Below, one piece after another: positions 60,107 to 64,000 of a stretch of 64,000 nt of DNA. Made by a program: the position numbers and the translations under genes. Where the stretch lies: assembly GCA_938004065.1 (NCBI GenBank), contig CALKWM010000039.1, positions 65,313-129,312 on the forward strand, in the 5' to 3' direction. Within the stretch, counting starts at the first letter, position 1. Each line of letters begins with the position of its first letter. The DNA comes from an uncultured bacterium (lineage in GTDB: Bacteria > Patescibacteriota > JAHJAL01). A model generated the notes under the pieces. The model was not told where the DNA came from. It made no database searches and saw only the letters and a list, made by a program, of their open reading frames with translations.

Positions 60107-61894
60107 TTAGTAATACCAGCTCTCATCATAATATCCGGGATCATAGTAATAACTATCGTCCCAGTATTCGACATCACCGTTGGGATGGTCCCAAGAATAA
60201 TCTTCATAATAATAATCATCGTAGTAATAATCATCCCAACCATAGAACACTCCGCTTGGGTCATAATATCCGCTACCGTCATACAAGACATAATTCCCGT
60301 AACTATCATAGTATCCGTCCGAATCGCTATAATAATCATCATAAGTGTATTCTTCCCAGGAATGAAATTGACCATTTATATCATAATAACCGCTACCGTC
60401 ATAGAGTACATAATTACCGTCATAATCGTAATACCCATCATAATCATAATAATAATCGTCATAGATAAAATCATCCCAACTCCAAAAACTACCATATATA
60501 TCATAATATCCGCTACCGTCATTCAAAATATAGTTACCATAATCATCGTAGTACCCATCCGCACCGTCAATCGGAGCGTATTGCTCTGTTGGCCACCAGT
60601 ATCCCCATGGATCATAATACCCGCTACCATCTGCTAGATAATAATTTCCATAATCGTCATACCACCCCTCTCCGTATAACTCATCCCAGTACCAGAAATA
60701 TCCCCATGGATCATAATATCCACTTCCATCATCCAAGATATAATTACCAAATTCATCATAATATCCGGCTTCCGGATAATCATATTGATCATATGAACCC
60801 CAGTCGGTACCGAAATTCCAGAAATTTCCATACACATCATAATACCCGCTACCATCATAAAGAATATAGTTTCCAGTGCCGTCATAATATCCGGATTGTG
60901 GAAATTTGTAAGATGGTTTGAATGTCTGTTTGTAAACACCAAATGGAATCGTGGTGAAATAATTGCCGTTATAGTAAATTTCTACCCAATAACTTCCATT
61001 GTACCAACTCTTGCCTTCGCTGTTTTTTAATGTGAAATTCACATACCCTGATTGATCGGACGAAATGTTTACCGCCGCGTCCCCCAGATATTCACCTTTA
61101 CCGTTAAATCCTTCCCAGTACCAGACACCCCACAAATAATCACCTGCTTTCAAATTATTCCAATTGGTATTGGCAAAAAATTTCTGAGCGTTATCATAGT
61201 AAAAGTCAGTCACTCCCCGGCATGAACCATCATCATTTAACCCATCACACATAAACGCATTGATAAAATAACTACCTTTGGCTTTGTCAGGAGTTACGAT
61301 GGCTGATTGGCTTTCCGCGATCATCGCCGGATTGGATTTGGGTGAAACGAATTGGGATTTATCATTTGTCTTTGTCTTGTCATATTGCAAATTGCCCGAG
61401 ACCTCAGTCTTGGTGCCCTTTACGCTTTTGTCAGGATTATTTTTTTCGTCGTTTGTATTGTATAACTTCGTTTTTTTATCATCTGTATTGATACTAAAAT
61501 CCTTGGCGGTTATTTGCGTATCAGCGGAAAATACATTCATCACATAATTACCCCCATCCCATCCAATGGTTGGTTTGAATAACTCAAATTTAAACTCACC
61601 GGTGCTATCTGACGTTTTGGTTTCAGTTTTGATCACTTTTTGCGGACTTTTCTTTTCCCACTTTACCGTCAATTCTCCCTTACCATTTTTTAACACACCG
61701 GCAAAGATGATTTTTTCCGTATCGCCACCAAAACCATCGCTGGCATCAGCCAGTTTTACTATCTCATCCCCGGTTTGAGCCGCCAACATCGCTTTTTCGA
61801 TTTCCGCAACCTTTTTTGTTGTTGGCAGACAACCGGACGAAACCAACACAAAAAAAGCGGTCGAAAGCGCAATTAGTGTCTTTTTCATAATCAA
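60107..61894 (-). CDS. Lipoprotein with extensive Tyr/Asp/Gly-rich tandem repeats
   Basis: Lipobox VSSGC. N-terminal roughly 330-aa globular region. C-terminal roughly 260 aa made of repeats GYYDxxGNYxLxDGSGYYDxxGxFWxW with very high Y/D/G/W content. Confidence 0.5.
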   Translation of the reverse strand: MIMKKTLIALSTAFFVLVSSGCLPTTKKVAEIEKAMLAAQTGDEIVKLADASDGFGGDTEKIIFAGVLKNGKGELTVKWEKKSPQKVIKTETKTSDSTGEFKFELFKPTIGWDGGNYVMNVFSADTQITAKDFSINTDDKKTKLYNTNDEKNNPDKSVKGTKTEVSGNLQYDKTKTNDKSQFVSPKSNPAMIAESQSAIVTPDKAKGSYFINAFMCDGLNDDGSCRGVTDFYYDNAQKFFANTNWNNLKAGDYLWGVWYWEGFNGKGEYLGDAAVNISSDQSGYVNFTLKNSEGKSWYNGSYWVEIYYNGNYFTTIPFGVYKQTFKPSYKFPQSGYYDGTGNYILYDGSGYYDVYGNFWNFGTDWGSYDQYDYPEAGYYDEFGNYILDDGSGYYDPWGYFWYWDELYGEGWYDDYGNYYLADGSGYYDPWGYWWPTEQYAPIDGADGYYDDYGNYILNDGSGYYDIYGSFWSWDDFIYDDYYYDYDGYYDYDGNYVLYDGSGYYDINGQFHSWEEYTYDDYYSDSDGYYDSYGNYVLYDGSGYYDPSGVFYGWDDYYYDDYYYEDYSWDHPNGDVEYWDDSYYYDPGYYDESWYY

Positions 61895-61956
61895 AAATAT
61901 TTAAAAAATATATAAAACTCTTCTATTTTAAAAAAGAAAATACTTTTTTAAATTTT

Positions 61957-62454
61957 TTACAAAGTAATTTCTTCCTCGTTCTCTAAATCTTTTTCTTTGG
62001 TATTTTTTTTCTTGATCGCCTGTGGAGATAATTTTTTATGATCCATATCGTAATCAGTATAAATACTGCCCAGCACTCCATTTACAAACTTTGACGAATT
62101 ATCCCCACCATACGCTTTTCCCAATTCAACGGCCTCATTTATCGCTACCTTGGGCGGGATATCCTCATCGTGCAACAATTCAAATATACTCATCCACAAC
62201 AAAACTTTGTCCACCACCGGTATCTGATCCAATGGAAACTCCGGTGCGTATTTTTCGATTAATTTAGAAACTTCTTCTTTGTGTTCTTGGATGCCGGCCA
62301 CCAATTTATCTAAAAAAGTCAGATCCTCTACATCGGGTATTAATTTGTCCACATTTCTCTTTACAATCTCTTCCACTGTCAAATCATCACGAAATTCACT
62401 TTCGTAAAAAGACTGCATGGCGATGATACGAAACAAATGTCTGGAAGAACCCAT
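61957..62454 (-). CDS. nusB: Transcription antitermination factor NusB
   Basis: SRHLFRIIAMQSFYESEF (R-x2-AR-x-hALQ-xLY-type N-terminus) and an all-helical 140-aa core. Acidic C-terminal tail. Confidence 0.75.
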   Translation of the reverse strand: MGSSRHLFRIIAMQSFYESEFRDDLTVEEIVKRNVDKLIPDVEDLTFLDKLVAGIQEHKEEVSKLIEKYAPEFPLDQIPVVDKVLLWMSIFELLHDEDIPPKVAINEAVELGKAYGGDNSSKFVNGVLGSIYTDYDMDHKKLSPQAIKKKNTKEKDLENEEEITL

Positions 62455-62456
62455 AT

Positions 62457-62654
62457 TTAACCTTTGATAGTTTTTTTACCGCTTCCTTTGACAACCTGTC
62501 TTTTGTTGTAAGTTCCGCAAACACTACACACCTGGTGCGGTTTTTTTGGCGACTTACACATTGAACAAACGGTTATTGCAGGACTGGATAAATTTTTACT
62601 GCCACGTCTTTGGTTACGGGCGGACTTGGTATGTCTTTTCTTTGGAACGGCCAT
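62457..62654 (-). CDS. rpmF: 50S ribosomal protein L32
   Basis: MAVPKKRHTKSARNQRRGS...C..C.......C..CG (Cys4 zinc ribbon). Start at ATG 62654. The track ORF has a 12-aa N-extension. Confidence 0.8.
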   Translation of the reverse strand: MAVPKKRHTKSARNQRRGSKNLSSPAITVCSMCKSPKKPHQVCSVCGTYNKRQVVKGSGKKTIKG

Positions 62655-62772
62655 AATAATGATAGATAATAAATAAATATATTTATACAAACAGATAAGT
62701 ATTTACACTTATGATAACAGCAATCTAATATTTATAATAGTAGTTTTGTGATATAAAAACAAGAAAAAATAT

Positions 62773-63987
62773 CTAAAATTCAGTGATAAAATCTCTGGCC
62801 TCCTCGCTTTCGGCCACCGCCCGTTCAGCCGCCATTGATAATTTTACCAGTTTATCCTCGAGAAAACAGTAATTTCGCTTCAAATTCATACTCTTCAATA
62901 CGTCCAGAGCTTTGGTAGCCATATTTTTAATTTGTTTCGATATTTTTTTAATCGAAATTGTCCATAAAACCATTTGTAATTTATCCAAATCTGGTCTGGA
63001 AGAAATGTCAAATCTATCATATTTTTTGAAATAATCCCGCAAGGTTATCTGTCCGGCGTAGCTTAAGTGCCCTTTTTGTAAATCATCAATGATATCATGC
63101 GCATCGTCATTGAGTTGTCTGGCCACCAAATAGTTTGTTAAAACATGTTCCAATTTTTTTAATCTCCTGGCACGGTGTGAATATCTCATTTCCATTATCA
63201 TTGGTCCCAAGATGTGAGGCAAAGATTTTTGGGCTATCTGCACAATATTTGGCATTTTCCCCAAATCACGCCGAGAAATCTTTTCACCTACATCAAATCG
63301 ACTACTCGCAAGCTCTTGAAAATTCGCTCTCTCCATCCGGTACATTGTTGATATAAACAATTTTGATACTCCGGCAATATGATAATTCTTTTCCAAATTT
63401 TTAAAAATATTTATGGTTTGCAATAAACATAAATTGGCAATCGGCAACAACAGCGCTTGTCCCTCACCATCCATCAAATCATCATAAATAGTATAAGCGA
63501 TCCAGCCATACAAATTGGCCAAAGCCAGCTCTTGAGATAGTTTGGCATCTATCTTGTCGGATACTGATTTTTGATATTCATGCGCTATCAGCAGGATTTC
63601 ATTGTCAACGTCTCGTTTGATGATTTTTTGGAGAAATTTTTGCAGTATTTTTTCAATTCTCCGATCTTGGAATTTCTTATTATTTTCTAAAAATCTTTGG
63701 TGTACTTTTATAATAAATTTTTCTTGTTCACTGGAATTTTTTGTCTTTTCGCCACAATTAAATCGCATTGCCTTACCCTGACAAAGAGTTTTTTTAAACT
63801 TATTGACCGCTTCCACTACAAAAGCCAATGTTAACGCCAGGGAAGCGGAATATCGAATTTGCTTATCTATCATCGGATCCAAACAAAATGGTTCTCTGCC
63901 GGAGCTTTCCCCGGTTATAGTCATCAAGTATTCAACATCTTTATTCAATAAATCAACCCCTTTTTTTACCTGGCCGAAATTGATCAT
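62773..63987 (-). CDS. Hypothetical protein (possible isoprenoid-synthase-fold; two Asp-rich motifs)
   Basis: 404 aa. DDLMD at about residue 168 and NDDAHDIIDD at about 293, about 125 aa apart, resemble the DDxxD pairs of terpenoid/polyprenyl synthases. Otherwise no strong match. Confidence 0.3.
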   Translation of the reverse strand: MINFGQVKKGVDLLNKDVEYLMTITGESSGREPFCLDPMIDKQIRYSASLALTLAFVVEAVNKFKKTLCQGKAMRFNCGEKTKNSSEQEKFIIKVHQRFLENNKKFQDRRIEKILQKFLQKIIKRDVDNEILLIAHEYQKSVSDKIDAKLSQELALANLYGWIAYTIYDDLMDGEGQALLLPIANLCLLQTINIFKNLEKNYHIAGVSKLFISTMYRMERANFQELASSRFDVGEKISRRDLGKMPNIVQIAQKSLPHILGPMIMEMRYSHRARRLKKLEHVLTNYLVARQLNDDAHDIIDDLQKGHLSYAGQITLRDYFKKYDRFDISSRPDLDKLQMVLWTISIKKISKQIKNMATKALDVLKSMNLKRNYCFLEDKLVKLSMAAERAVAESEEARDFITEF

Positions 63988-64000
63988 GGCTGAAATGGTC

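Noticed and set aside
60041-60637. 198-aa plus-strand ORF rich in Ile/Val
   Set aside because: Antisense artefact of the Tyr/Asp codon repeats (TAT/GAT read as ATA/ATC) of the 60107-61894 lipoprotein.

Overview
This is a 64-kb AT-rich segment (roughly 35% GC by eye) of a bacterial chromosome; a reduced-genome or uncultivated lineage is plausible but this is inference. Housekeeping content: an oxidative pentose-phosphate operon (gnd-pgl-zwf), a 5'-nucleotidase, a paired ABC exporter, a hybrid sensor kinase, proS, smpB, aspS, an AI-2E transporter, HU, the rny-ymdB pair, groES-groEL preceded by a CIRCE-like operator, rnc with a glutaredoxin/DsbA redox cluster, nusB and rpmF. Interleaved with these are many secreted proteins and lipoproteins: two paralogous PA14-domain surface proteins, a 937-aa lipoprotein with TSP3 calcium-binding repeats, an Asp-box-like repeat protein, a Tyr/Asp/Gly-rich repeat lipoprotein, and an Excalibur-domain protein. 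Accessory and mobile features found by direct reading: (1) a radical-SAM/SPASM maturase translationally coupled to an unannotated 45-aa six-cysteine peptide gene (SCIFF/ranthipeptide-like RiPP pair) followed by a clean terminator; (2) a roughly 5.4-kb island of small hypothetical genes ending in a large serine recombinase, bounded by a 15-bp GC-rich direct repeat with a tRNA T-arm-like remnant; (3) a REP-associated tyrosine transposase (RAYT) flanked by clusters of its REP palindromes, with a REP doublet inserted in-frame inside the transposase gene; (4) a family of roughly 100-135-bp MITE-like elements with conserved termini sitting immediately 5' of three unrelated start codons; (5) a second GC-rich double-hairpin REP-like element in two orientations; (6) a beta-lactamase-family serine hydrolase broken into three frames, one break at a C7 homopolymer; (7) an IS30 transposase N-terminal remnant; (8) a recurring intergenic motif TTTAACCATTTAACAATTT. 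No rRNA genes, intact tRNA genes or CRISPR arrays were seen.
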